Shown here: positions 38,022-47,603 of the stretch, piece by piece
Position numbering within the stretch: the first letter of the stretch is position 1
Layout of the letters: the number at the start of each line of letters is the position of its first letter
From: a bacterium
Lineage (GTDB): Bacteria > Zhuqueibacterota > Zhuqueibacteria > Oceanimicrobiales > Oceanimicrobiaceae
DNA length: 64,000 bases
Assembly (NCBI GenBank): GCA_037446635.1
Contig: JBBIIG010000010.1
Location: 1-64,000, forward strand
Reading direction: 5' to 3'
Program-made: the position numbers and the translations under genes
Notes under the pieces: generated by a model
The model's input: only the letters and a program-made list of their open reading frames with translations
Told to the model about the DNA's origin: nothing
The model's database searches: none

Positions 38022-38791
38022 TGTTGTTGCAATCGGGGATGCTCTTTGCGCTGGGCGCGATCGTCGGCAGCTTTCTCAACGTTTGCATTTACCGGCTGCC
38101 GCGCCGCGAATCGGTGGTCTGGCCCGGCTCCAGTTGTCCGAAGTGCAAAACCCGCATTCCGCTGTGGCTGAATTTGCCGATTTTGAGTTACCTCTTTTTG
38201 CGCGGCAAATGCCGATACTGCAAGCGACCCATTCCCATCACCTACCCGCTGGTGGAGTTGATGACCGGGGCGCTGTTGGCGCTTTTGTGGCAATTTTACG
38301 GACTCAGCCCGTCGTTTGTGCACTATGCCATTTTAATTTTGCTGCTGCTGCCGATCACCTTCATCGACCTGAAACACAAGTTGATTTTGAACGTGCTCAC
38401 TTTCCCCGGCATCGCCCTGGGAATCGCTTTGTCGCTGGCGCTCGGCCTGAAAACATTGCCGCAGGTTTTGCTCGGCCTGGTCTTAGGCGGCGGCTTCCTT
38501 TTGGCGGTGGCCTACGCCGGCAAATGGATTTTTAAGCAGGAAAGCATGGGCGGCGGCGACATCAAATTGGGGGCGATGATCGGCGTGTTCATCGGCCCGG
38601 AGGTTTTGATTGCGCTCTTCCTGGCCTTTTTTCTGGCGCTGCCGGTGATTGCGGTTGGCATGAGCTCCGGGCGCTTGCGCCTGGGCAGCACCGTGCCGTT
38701 CGGCCCCTTCATCGCTTTGGCGACGGTGGTGATCATCTGCTTTGGGCCGGCGTTGTATCGCCTGTACTTCAGCCTGTTTGGATATTTATAA
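38018..38791 (+). CDS. pilD: Prepilin peptidase/N-methyltransferase
   Basis: GSFLNVCIYRLP, two CxxC, FIDLKH, MGGGDIKL, PFGPF. Confidence 0.95.
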   Translation: MMLLQSGMLFALGAIVGSFLNVCIYRLPRRESVVWPGSSCPKCKTRIPLWLNLPILSYLFLRGKCRYCKRPIPITYPLVELMTGALLALLWQFYGLSPSFVHYAILILLLLPITFIDLKHKLILNVLTFPGIALGIALSLALGLKTLPQVLLGLVLGGGFLLAVAYAGKWIFKQESMGGGDIKLGAMIGVFIGPEVLIALFLAFFLALPVIAVGMSSGRLRLGSTVPFGPFIALATVVIICFGPALYRLYFSLFGYL

Positions 38792-38800
38792 TTTAATTCG

Positions 38801-40306
38801 ATGAATCGAAGAGACGACATAGACGCCAAAGTACGCGGCAGGCTTAAAGCCGCGGGCGATTTTCGAACGCATTTTTACGAAGACTTGAGAGAGACGCTGG
38901 TGGATTTATGCGGCGATTGGTGCGCGGCCACTTTGTCTTTGGATGGCGCTATTCACATTACCACGCGCCGGCCGCTCTCCAAAGAAAACGTGCAGCAGGT
39001 GCACGAAAAAATGAGCGGGCATTCCAGGCAAAATGGCGCTGTTCCGCGGCCGTGTTTTGTCAACGGCCAGCCTCTCAGCCGCTACCATTTTGATCATTCA
39101 GCGCCGCCATTTCAGCAGGAGTTGGTTGCGCCGCTGTCCGCCCAAAATCATCGAGTCGGAAATTTATTTGTTGGGAGTTTTGATCACCCCCTCGACGCCC
39201 GCCGCCAGCGTTTGCTGCGCAAGTTGGCGCGGGCTCTGCCCCGTGCGCTGCGCCATGCCAAGTATTTAGCCAAGCGCAAAAAAGAGGCGTTTGAGCTGCT
39301 CGCAGCCCGCACCATCGAAGGTCTGATTTTGTGCGATCCCGGGATGCGCATCCAATATCTCAATAACGCTGCGCGACAATTGCTGAATCTCCCAAGCGAT
39401 CAAAAAATAGTAGGCGAGCCATTGGGCCAGCTCAACGTCAGCTATTTGAACGATTTTATTGAGGAAGCCCGGCGCGAAGGTTTGCTCGAACTCAATAAAA
39501 TCTTCACCCCGATGCACCAACCATCGCTGCTGGTGGGCGCGCATATCGAGCTGCTAAAAAATTCCCGCAACCAAAAAGTCGGCTGGATGATCGATCTGCG
39601 CGACGTCTCGAAAAATTGGCAAAACGATCAGTTGCGCTCGGCGCTTGTCCTCGCCAGTCACGAAATGAAAACGCCGCTCAATTCCATCAAGAACGCCGTC
39701 GAGCTGCTGTTGGAAACGAGCCTTGGCGAATTGAACGACCAGCAGAAGCGCTGCCTGCACTTAGTAAAAGACGACGCCGTTCGACTCAATCGCTTGCTCA
39801 GCGATATTTTAGATCTGTCGCGTTTCGACGCCGGTATCCCGTTTCTCGACCGCCGCAGAGAAATTGCGCTGCCGATCTTGATTGACAAGGCGATCGAATC
39901 CTTCCAGGCCTTTGCGCAGTCCAAGAACATCAAAATTGAAAATCAGGTTTCGCCCACGTTTCCGACTTTCAACGGGCTGCGCGATCGTTTGCAGCAGGTG
40001 CTCGCGAATTTGCTGGAGAACGGCATCAAATACACTTTGCCGGGAGGCTCGGTTACCTTGCAAGCGGAACTGGATGATAAGCATCTGATCTTTACCGTGA
40101 AGGATACCGGCGTCGGCATCCCGGCCAGCGAGCGTGAAAGTATCTTTGAACGGTTCAAGCAGCTCGACAATTATCCCGGCGGCAAACAGGGGTTTGGATT
40201 GGGCCTGAGCATTTCCAAAGAAATCATCGAAGCCATGGGCGGAAAAATTTGGGTAGAAAGTCAAGTTGGTGTGGGAAGCTCATTTCACTTTAAAATACCG
40301 GTGTAA
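38801..40306 (+). CDS. Cytoplasmic PAS sensor histidine kinase
   Basis: SHEMKTPL H-box, NLLENGIKY, DTGVGI, GFGLGL; no TM helix seen. Confidence 0.9.
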   Translation: MNRRDDIDAKVRGRLKAAGDFRTHFYEDLRETLVDLCGDWCAATLSLDGAIHITTRRPLSKENVQQVHEKMSGHSRQNGAVPRPCFVNGQPLSRYHFDHSAPPFQQELVAPLSAQNHRVGNLFVGSFDHPLDARRQRLLRKLARALPRALRHAKYLAKRKKEAFELLAARTIEGLILCDPGMRIQYLNNAARQLLNLPSDQKIVGEPLGQLNVSYLNDFIEEARREGLLELNKIFTPMHQPSLLVGAHIELLKNSRNQKVGWMIDLRDVSKNWQNDQLRSALVLASHEMKTPLNSIKNAVELLLETSLGELNDQQKRCLHLVKDDAVRLNRLLSDILDLSRFDAGIPFLDRRREIALPILIDKAIESFQAFAQSKNIKIENQVSPTFPTFNGLRDRLQQVLANLLENGIKYTLPGGSVTLQAELDDKHLIFTVKDTGVGIPASERESIFERFKQLDNYPGGKQGFGLGLSISKEIIEAMGGKIWVESQVGVGSSFHFKIPV

Positions 40307-40308
40307 CT

Positions 40309-40689
40309 ATGGGGAAGAAAAAAGTTCTAATAATTGAAGACTACATCAACATCGTTGAGATTTTAACGATGCGGCTGCGGGCCATGGGCTACGACGTCGT
40401 TGCGGCGTATGATGGCCAGGAAGGCTTGAATCTGGCGCGGCGGGAAAACCCCGATCTCATCATCCTCGACGTTCTGCTTCCGAAAATCAACGGTTACAAA
40501 GTCTGCCGCTTGTTGAAATTCGATTCGAAGTACAAGCACATTCCCATTATTATGCTCACGTCGCGGGAAACCAAGAGCCACGAAGATTTAGGGCGCGAGA
40601 CCGGCGCCGACGAGTACGTTTACAAGTCCGATCAAAAGGGCACGCTGTTAAAATTAATTCGCAAATATTTGGCGCCGGCAGCGGCGTGA
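40309..40689 (+). CDS. Single-domain response regulator
   Basis: IIED, IILDVLLP, MLT, YVYK. Confidence 0.9.
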   Translation: MGKKKVLIIEDYINIVEILTMRLRAMGYDVVAAYDGQEGLNLARRENPDLIILDVLLPKINGYKVCRLLKFDSKYKHIPIIMLTSRETKSHEDLGRETGADEYVYKSDQKGTLLKLIRKYLAPAAA

Positions 40690-40825
40690 AAAATCATTTT
40701 TTAGTGAATACTAAAGAATTGCAATCCGTCGAAGCCAGCACACCCCCGTTTGTTTGCCGCCGGGTCTTTCTGCCCAAAAAACACCGTCGAAGACGGTGTT
40801 GGATCATGATAAAGTAAGGTGAGCT

Positions 40826-42529
40826 TTGGTTAAAGAAGACGACAGAAAATTTGGCGAGCTGCTGGTGCGGGATGGCCTGCTCACGCCAGCGCAGTTAACG
40901 GAACTGCTTCATTACAAAAATTACAATGAAGACGATTTCGCGCAAATTCTGATCAACAAAGGCGTCGCCAGCAGCAAGCAGATTTATCAGCACCTGGCCG
41001 ATTTCATGAACCTGCCGTTCATCGATTTACAGGATTATGACATCGATTCGAGCGTGCTGGAAATCGTTCCCAAAGATTTAGCCTACAAATTTAAAGTCCT
41101 ACCGGTTTTTAAAATCGCAAACAGCTTGACCGTTGCCATGGCCAACCCCAGCAACGTGCAGGTCATCGATACCTTGCGCCGCGAGACCGGCTGCAATATC
41201 GAGCCGGCGGTGAGCCTGGAAACGGATCTCCAGCACAGCCTGCAGAAATATTACGGCCACATCGAAAACTTCGATGATACGCTGGACGAAGTTATTCAAG
41301 ACATCGAAAGCGTTAAGCCGAAAGAAGAAGAGGATTCGGCGGAAAAGCTCAAACAGCTCAGCGCGCAGGCGCCGGTGGTCAAGCTGGTGAATTTGATCAT
41401 CTCGCAGGCCATCCATGATCGCGCCAGCGATATTCACATCGAGCCGGAACACAAGAGTTTGCAAGTGCGCTACCGCATCGATGGCATTTTGCACGAAGCG
41501 CTCAGTCCTCCCAAACATTTGCAGGCGGCGATCATTTCGCGGTTGAAAATTCTGGCGCAATTGGATATCGCCGAAAGCCGCGTCCCGCAGGACGGTCGCT
41601 TTCAGGTGACGGTGCAGGGGCGGGAGATCGATATTCGCGTTTCCACGCTGCCAACGGTTTATGGCGAAAATGTGGTGCTGCGTCTGCTCGATAAAAGCAG
41701 CTTGATGTTGAACCTCGAGGAGTTGGGCTTTGAGCCGGAACCGCTGCGGCTTTTTAAAGAAATGCTCGCCAGCTCCTACGGGGTAATTTTGGTGAGCGGT
41801 CCCACCGGCAGCGGCAAAACCACCACCCTGTATTCGGCGCTGCAAACCATCAATACGCCGGACAAAAACATCATCACGATTGAAGACCCGGTGGAGTACC
41901 GGCTAAAACGCATCCGGCAGTCGCAGGTGAACGTCAAAGCCGGGCTGACTTTTGCCAGCGGTTTGCGCTCGATTTTGCGGCAGGACCCCGACGTCATCAT
42001 GGTGGGCGAAATCCGCGATCAGGAGACGGCCAAGATCGCCGTGGAAGCCGCGCTCACCGGCCACCTCGTGCTTTCGACGATTCACACGAACGATGCGCCC
42101 GGCGGCCTCACCCGTTTGACGGAAATGGGCGTCGAGCCGTTTCTCACCGCCTCGGCCACCATTGGCATCGTGGCGCAGCGATTGGTGCGCAAGCTGTGTG
42201 AGCAGTGCAAAAAGCCCTACCAACCCAACAGCATCGCGCTCAAGGAGCTAAACTTGAAAAATGAGATCGTAAAGGACGTCGTCCTTTATCGCGGCGAGGG
42301 CTGCAGCGCCTGCCGCAACACCGGCTACAAAGGCCGGCTGGGCATTTATGAAGTGATGACCATCAATCAGGAAATTCAGGAATTGGCGTTGAGCCACTCC
42401 GCTTCCGCCCAGATCAAGCGCGCCGCGTTCCGCAACGGCATGCGCAGCCTGCGGCAGGACGGCCTGGCGAAGGCCTTGAAAGGCGTCACCTCTCTCGAAG
42501 AAGTTATTCGCGTTACCAACGTCGATTGA
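40826..42529 (+). CDS. pilB: PilB/GspE-type assembly ATPase
   Basis: N-terminal FGELLVRDGLLT (MshEN-like), ASDIHIEP, GPTGSGKTT, LRQDPDVIMVGEIRD, Zn-binding Cys pairs. Confidence 0.9.
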   Translation: MVKEDDRKFGELLVRDGLLTPAQLTELLHYKNYNEDDFAQILINKGVASSKQIYQHLADFMNLPFIDLQDYDIDSSVLEIVPKDLAYKFKVLPVFKIANSLTVAMANPSNVQVIDTLRRETGCNIEPAVSLETDLQHSLQKYYGHIENFDDTLDEVIQDIESVKPKEEEDSAEKLKQLSAQAPVVKLVNLIISQAIHDRASDIHIEPEHKSLQVRYRIDGILHEALSPPKHLQAAIISRLKILAQLDIAESRVPQDGRFQVTVQGREIDIRVSTLPTVYGENVVLRLLDKSSLMLNLEELGFEPEPLRLFKEMLASSYGVILVSGPTGSGKTTTLYSALQTINTPDKNIITIEDPVEYRLKRIRQSQVNVKAGLTFASGLRSILRQDPDVIMVGEIRDQETAKIAVEAALTGHLVLSTIHTNDAPGGLTRLTEMGVEPFLTASATIGIVAQRLVRKLCEQCKKPYQPNSIALKELNLKNEIVKDVVLYRGEGCSACRNTGYKGRLGIYEVMTINQEIQELALSHSASAQIKRAAFRNGMRSLRQDGLAKALKGVTSLEEVIRVTNVD

Positions 42530-42648
42530 ACGAGCACGTAACTCAAAGCTCCGCTTTGAGTAGCAAACCAGAGGGTTTGCGTTACAGTTTGGGTTCGATC
42601 TGACGATAGAAGGACAAAGGATTGATGAAAACTTAGGATGGAGTTCTA

Positions 42649-44049
42649 ATGCCACAAACTGCCAAGATACTCGCTGTTGACGACGAGTTCGATTTTGTTC
42701 AAACCCTGAAGGGGATTTTAGAGAATCATGGCTTTGAAGTTGATACCTCGTGTTCCGGTTACGAGGCGCTGCAGATGCTCAGCCTCCATGAATACGATCT
42801 CGTCGTGCTCGATTTGACCATGCCGCTCATCAGCGGCATCGAAACCCTCAAGCGCATCAAGAAAATCGACCCCGGTTTGCCGGTAATCATTTTAACCGGC
42901 GACAGCCGCGTGGGAATGGTGGTGGAAGTGATGAAGCTGGGCGCGTACGATTATTTCACCAAACCCATCGAGTGGGATAAGTTAGAAATCTCCATTAACA
43001 ACGCGCTGGTCACCAAGTCCCTCCGCAACGAAGTGTCGCGGCTCTCCGGGCAACTGCGCGAACGCTACGGCTTCGACCATCTGGTGGGACAGAGCAAAAA
43101 AATGCAGGAAGTGTTCAGCAGCCTCGAGCGGGTGGTGGATACCAGCGTTACTGTCGTCCTGCGCGGCGAAAGCGGCACCGGCAAAGAGCTGATCGCGCGC
43201 GCGATTCATTTCAACGGCTCGCGGAAAAATAAACCGTTCGTGGCGGTGAACTGCGCCGCCATCCCGGAGAATCTGTTGGAAAGCGAGTTGTTCGGGCACG
43301 AGAAGGGCGCATTTACTGGCGCGGTGTCCCGCCGCATCGGCAAGTTCGAGCAGGCGGATGGCGGCACCCTGTTTCTCGATGAAATCGGCGAAATGGCGCC
43401 CGCGACGCAAGTCAAAATTTTGCGGGTGCTGCAGGAACGCCAATTTCAGCGCGTCGGCGGCAACGACACCGTCGAAGTCGATGTGCGGGTGATCTCGGCC
43501 ACCAACAAGAATTTAGAGGAGGAAATGCAGCGCGGGAATTTCCGCGAGGATTTATATTACCGCATCAGCGTTTACCCCATTTTTGTGCCGCCGCTGCGAA
43601 AACGCCGGGAAGATATTCCGGCGCTGACGGCTTTCTTCCTTGAAAAATACAACCGCGAGAATCGCCGCAAAGTGAAAGCGGTGCTGCCGCGCACTTTGGA
43701 ATATTTGATGAATTACGACTGGCCCGGCAACGTGCGCGAATTGGAGAACGTGTTGGAGCGTTCGTTCTTAAACACCACCGACGGCGTGTTGCTGCCGGAA
43801 CATCTGCCCATCACCATCACCTCGTTTAAAGATGATCTGAATTCTTCGGACACCTACATTGATTTGAAGAAGGTGGTTTCGCTCACTAAAAAAATTACTC
43901 CGCTAAAAGAGCTGGAGCGGGAAGTGCTGTTGCAAGCTTTGCGGTTGACCAACTTCAATATGTCCATCGCCGCTTCCCAATTGGGGATCGGGCGGACGAC
44001 GCTCTACCGCAAGCTGGAAAAATACCGCATCAACGTTAACCGGACATGA
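42649..44049 (+). CDS. Sigma-54-dependent response regulator (PilR/NtrC-like)
   Basis: Canonical receiver (DDE, D, T, KP), GESGTGKE, GAFTGA, RTTLYRKL HTH. Confidence 0.92.
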   Translation: MPQTAKILAVDDEFDFVQTLKGILENHGFEVDTSCSGYEALQMLSLHEYDLVVLDLTMPLISGIETLKRIKKIDPGLPVIILTGDSRVGMVVEVMKLGAYDYFTKPIEWDKLEISINNALVTKSLRNEVSRLSGQLRERYGFDHLVGQSKKMQEVFSSLERVVDTSVTVVLRGESGTGKELIARAIHFNGSRKNKPFVAVNCAAIPENLLESELFGHEKGAFTGAVSRRIGKFEQADGGTLFLDEIGEMAPATQVKILRVLQERQFQRVGGNDTVEVDVRVISATNKNLEEEMQRGNFREDLYYRISVYPIFVPPLRKRREDIPALTAFFLEKYNRENRRKVKAVLPRTLEYLMNYDWPGNVRELENVLERSFLNTTDGVLLPEHLPITITSFKDDLNSSDTYIDLKKVVSLTKKITPLKELEREVLLQALRLTNFNMSIAASQLGIGRTTLYRKLEKYRINVNRT

Positions 44050-44051
44050 AG

Positions 44052-44086
44052 AAAGTGCCAGGCACTTTTAAAGTGCCTGGCACTTT
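44052..44086. repeat. REP-like palindrome, TGCCAGGCAC family
   Basis: AAAGTGCCAGGCACTTT-T-AAAGTGCCTGGCACTTT. Confidence 0.85.
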
Positions 44087-44097
44087 GAGTTACACCT

Positions 44098-45306
44098 ATG
44101 CCAACTTTTGAATACAAAGCTATCAGCCAGAGCGGCGCCGAAGTTACGGAAGTGATGGAGGCCGCCGACGCCAACCGCGTCGCCGAGCATCTCGACAAAC
44201 TGGGCTACCTGCCGGTTCGCATTCGGGAGAAAAAGGGCTTCGGCGACATCGAGATTTTCTCCAAAAAGAAAAAAATAAAACACGACGAGCTGATCGTTTT
44301 CACCAAGCAACTGGTGACGCTTTTGAAAGCGGGCGTGCCGCTGCTGTCGTCTCTGGAGGCAATGGTGGAGCAGGCGGAAAACGAGGCGCTGAAAGAGATC
44401 ATCCAAAAAATTTACGTCGATATTGAAAGCGGGCTGAGTTTTTCCGAGGCGCTCGGCCGCCACCCCAAAACCTTTTCGGAGCTGTATGTCAACTCCATCA
44501 AAGCCGGCGAAATGGGCGGCGCCCTCGACGACGTTTTGGCGCGGCTGGCGCATTTGATGGATCACGATCAGCAGACGAAAGCGCGCATCAAATCGGCGGT
44601 GCGCTACCCGATCATCGTGGTGGTGTCGCTGGTTTTAGCCTTCACGGCGTTGATGCTGCTGGTGGTTCCCAAGTTTATCAATTTGTTCGAAAAATTGAAC
44701 GTGGACTTGCCCCTGCCCACCCGTCTTTTGATCGGGTTCTACACCGCGGTCACCAGTTATTGGTACATCGTTTTGGGAGGACTGGGGATTTTGGCCGCGG
44801 CTTTTTTCAAATACATTAAAACTGAAAAGGGGGCGTATCAGTGGGACCTGTTTAAAATCAGCGTGCCGGTTTTAGGCCCGCTAACGTTGAAAACCGCCAT
44901 GTCGCGTTTTACCCGCATGTTTGAAACGCTCAACAGCAGCGGCCTGCCGATTTTGCAAACGCTGGAAATTGCCGCCAAAACCGTCGGCAATCTGGTGGTG
45001 GGTAAAGAAATCGAAAAGGCGGCGAACGGCATTTTGCAGGGGCAGGGCATTGCCGGCCCGTTGAGCCAGGGCAAGATTTTTCCGCCGATGGTCATTAAAA
45101 TGATTTCGATTGGCGAGCAGTCGGGTTCTCTCGATGAAATGCTGGTGAACGTTTCCAGCCACTACGACACCGAGGTGGATTACGCGGTGAAAAATCTCAC
45201 TTCGATGATCGAGCCGATTTTAACCGTGGGCGTCGGCGTCATCGTGTTGTTTTTGGCGCTGGCGATTTTCATGCCGATGTGGGATTTAACCAAGTTAGCG
45301 CAATGA
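44098..45306 (+). CDS. pilC: PilC/GspF inner-membrane platform protein
   Basis: FTKQLVTLLKAGVPL, AGEMGG, GEQSGSLD, MIEP, three TM helices. Confidence 0.92.
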   Translation: MPTFEYKAISQSGAEVTEVMEAADANRVAEHLDKLGYLPVRIREKKGFGDIEIFSKKKKIKHDELIVFTKQLVTLLKAGVPLLSSLEAMVEQAENEALKEIIQKIYVDIESGLSFSEALGRHPKTFSELYVNSIKAGEMGGALDDVLARLAHLMDHDQQTKARIKSAVRYPIIVVVSLVLAFTALMLLVVPKFINLFEKLNVDLPLPTRLLIGFYTAVTSYWYIVLGGLGILAAAFFKYIKTEKGAYQWDLFKISVPVLGPLTLKTAMSRFTRMFETLNSSGLPILQTLEIAAKTVGNLVVGKEIEKAANGILQGQGIAGPLSQGKIFPPMVIKMISIGEQSGSLDEMLVNVSSHYDTEVDYAVKNLTSMIEPILTVGVGVIVLFLALAIFMPMWDLTKLAQ

Positions 45307-45566
45307 TTTCCATTTTAGAACAGTGCGCCGTATTAGAAATCGCCCCTGAAACCGATGATCTCCAAAAACGGGACAGTATGCCATTTCGGAACAGCGGGCG
45401 ATCGCCGATTTTTAAAAACAACTATTTACTCGGAATTATTTGCCGACGGCTAGTCAATTTATTCCTAAGCGGAACATCACCGCATCAAAATTGGGTGCAA
45501 TTTCATTGCGAGTTAAGTCTATAAAATTTAAATGATAAAGGCCAGCGAATTTTTGCCAAAATAATG

Positions 45567-45581
45567 TGGCACAGGGCTTGC
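45567..45581 (+). promoter_or_regulatory. Sigma-54 promoter of the major pilin
   Basis: TGGCAC-AGGGC-TTGC canonical -24/-12. Confidence 0.8.
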
Positions 45582-45649
45582 GTAAAGAATAACTGAAACG
45601 ATGAAAAAAACAATTACTTTTGAATAACTTAACTTACCTGGAGGTTCAA

Positions 45650-45988
45650 ATGAAAAACCAAAGTGGTTTCACCCTGATCGAATTGATTATGGTCATCGTG
45701 ATCATCGGCATATTGGCCGCCATCGCGGTTCCGCAATTCGTCGATTTGAGTGACAGCGCTCAGGCTTCGCAGTGTAAAGCCAATCAGGCGGCAGTTGAGG
45801 CAGCGGTTTCCATTGCTTACGCCGATAGCGCCCTGGCCGGCAACGCGCAGTACCCGTCTTCGCTGACGGGCTCAATGTTCAAGACCGGCAGCGTCCCCAC
45901 TTGTCCTTTTGACGGCGACGCGATTGCTTACAACTCGACCAACGGTACGGCTTCTTGCCCCAACTCGATTGCTGCTCACACGCGCTAA
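45650..45988 (+). CDS. Type IV major pilin
   Basis: GGAGG RBS; MKNQSG^FTLIELIMVIVIIGILAAIAVP; has its own promoter and terminator. Confidence 0.9.
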   Translation: MKNQSGFTLIELIMVIVIIGILAAIAVPQFVDLSDSAQASQCKANQAAVEAAVSIAYADSALAGNAQYPSSLTGSMFKTGSVPTCPFDGDAIAYNSTNGTASCPNSIAAHTR

Positions 45989-46041
45989 TCAAGGATGATT
46001 GCTTTTCAGGGATGAAATACTTAAACCACGCAGCAATGAAC

Positions 46042-46071
46042 AGGGAAGCCGTGAACGCGGCTTCCCTTTTT
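46042..46071 (+). terminator. Intrinsic terminator after the major pilin
   Basis: AGGGAAGCCG-N6-CGGCTTCCCT-TTTT. Confidence 0.8.
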
Positions 46072-46078
46072 AATTTAA

Positions 46079-46576
46079 ATGACAATGAAAAATAACAGCA
46101 GCGGATTTACACTGGTTGAGATCATCGTGGTGGTCGTCATCACCGGAATTTTATCGTTTATTGCGCTGGCCAGTTTGAGCAATCATCAAACAGCGTTTGA
46201 GTACGAGACCATTATTAAACGCATCGCGACCGATGTGCGGTTCGCGCAGCAACTGGCGGTTTCAGAGGGCCGCGGGGCGCGCGTTTATATCGACATCACC
46301 AACAACCGTTATTACCTCAAATGGGATGACGGCTCCTACGTCAAACAGCCGCTCGGAAACACGGATTTCATCGTCCAGCTTGGCGAAGGTGAATTCAGCA
46401 GCATTAGCATCACCAGCACCGCGTTCACCTCCGGCAGGTTGGATTTCACCACCACCGGCCGGCCTCTGAACGCCGGCGCCGAGTTTGCCGGCGAATTGAA
46501 TTTGATTACCATCAACAATGCCAAAAGAATTGCGATCAACGCTAACACCGGGTTTTTGCGAATTGAAAATCTCTAA
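46079..46576 (+). CDS. Minor pilin (FimT/GspH-like)
   Basis: G^FTLVE class III signal; DVRFAQQLA, FTTTGRP. Confidence 0.85.
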   Translation: MTMKNNSSGFTLVEIIVVVVITGILSFIALASLSNHQTAFEYETIIKRIATDVRFAQQLAVSEGRGARVYIDITNNRYYLKWDDGSYVKQPLGNTDFIVQLGEGEFSSISITSTAFTSGRLDFTTTGRPLNAGAEFAGELNLITINNAKRIAINANTGFLRIENL

Positions 46577-47066
46577 GCGAAAAATTTCTTTTGAACGCGG
46601 CTTCACGCTGGTGGAGTTGATCATGGTGATGGTCATCATGGGCGTGTTGGCGCTGTTTATTTCCGATGTGATTTTCCACGAAGTCGGCATGTACGATAAG
46701 CTGACGAATCAAACCGAGGGCTTGCAGACGGCGCGCGGCGCGCTGCAAATGATCGCCCGCGACCTGCGTCAGATCATGGCGCCCGACAGCATTCACTGGG
46801 CGTCCGCCGACTCCATCCGCTTCGATGACATCAACAACGTTTCGATTTCATTTAAACGAATCAACCAGTCGCTCTACCGCAACGGCGATCTGCTCATCTA
46901 TTCCGTCGAGCAGTTTCAGCTTAAATATTTTGACGACAACGGTAACCAGTTAATCTCGCCGGTCGCCAATCGCGGCGCGATCAATTCCATCGCGGTAAGT
47001 CTGACGACGTCTGTTGGTGGAGAACCGATTCACTTGCAAACACGAATTCAACCCAGAACGTTTTGA
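46563..47066 (+). CDS. Minor pilin (PilW/GspJ-like)
   Basis: RG^FTLVE; ALQMIARDLRQ; start uncertain (TTG 46563 chosen). Confidence 0.8.
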   Translation: MKISKRKISFERGFTLVELIMVMVIMGVLALFISDVIFHEVGMYDKLTNQTEGLQTARGALQMIARDLRQIMAPDSIHWASADSIRFDDINNVSISFKRINQSLYRNGDLLIYSVEQFQLKYFDDNGNQLISPVANRGAINSIAVSLTTSVGGEPIHLQTRIQPRTF

Positions 47067-47121
47067 AATAAACAACTCGAGTTTCTGGGAAATCGAGAAG
47101 TTACAGTGGAGGTAACAGAGT

Positions 47122-47328
47122 ATGATTGCTTTTTTAATTTTGGGGATAGTGTTTCTCGGCTTCAGCCTGCTTTTTTTCTTCGCCCCGAGAGTCATCGTCA
47201 AAGTTAGTGAAATGGGCAACAAGCTGTTGTTTACCGATCACGGCACCGTGGCGCATCGCCATTGGTCCGGGCTGGTGCTGCTGATCGTGAGCGCGATGAT
47301 GATGTACTTGGGCCTCAAAGGTTGGTAA
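47122..47328 (+). CDS. Small two-TM membrane protein
   Basis: GGAGG RBS; two hydrophobic segments. Confidence 0.6.
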   Translation: MIAFLILGIVFLGFSLLFFFAPRVIVKVSEMGNKLLFTDHGTVAHRHWSGLVLLIVSAMMMYLGLKGW

Positions 47329-47603
47329 AACAAATTGCCTCCACATTAAGAACGCAGATTTTCAGAAAAATCGGATTAAATCCAATCTCCTGTCCTATCT
47401 CTTAAAACTGGATTATTGTAAAAATCTTCAGATCGCTAAAAAGTCAAGAGCGATCAAACACCGTTTCAAACGGTGTTTGATCTTTTAATTTGAAATTGGG
47501 GAAGGTTTTGAAATCAATATTTAAGGATTGTGAATGACGACGCCAACTCCCGGCTGAAAATCAGGAGATGGCTTCGCCCCGGCGGTTCGTTTGTGCCGCG
47601 GTT

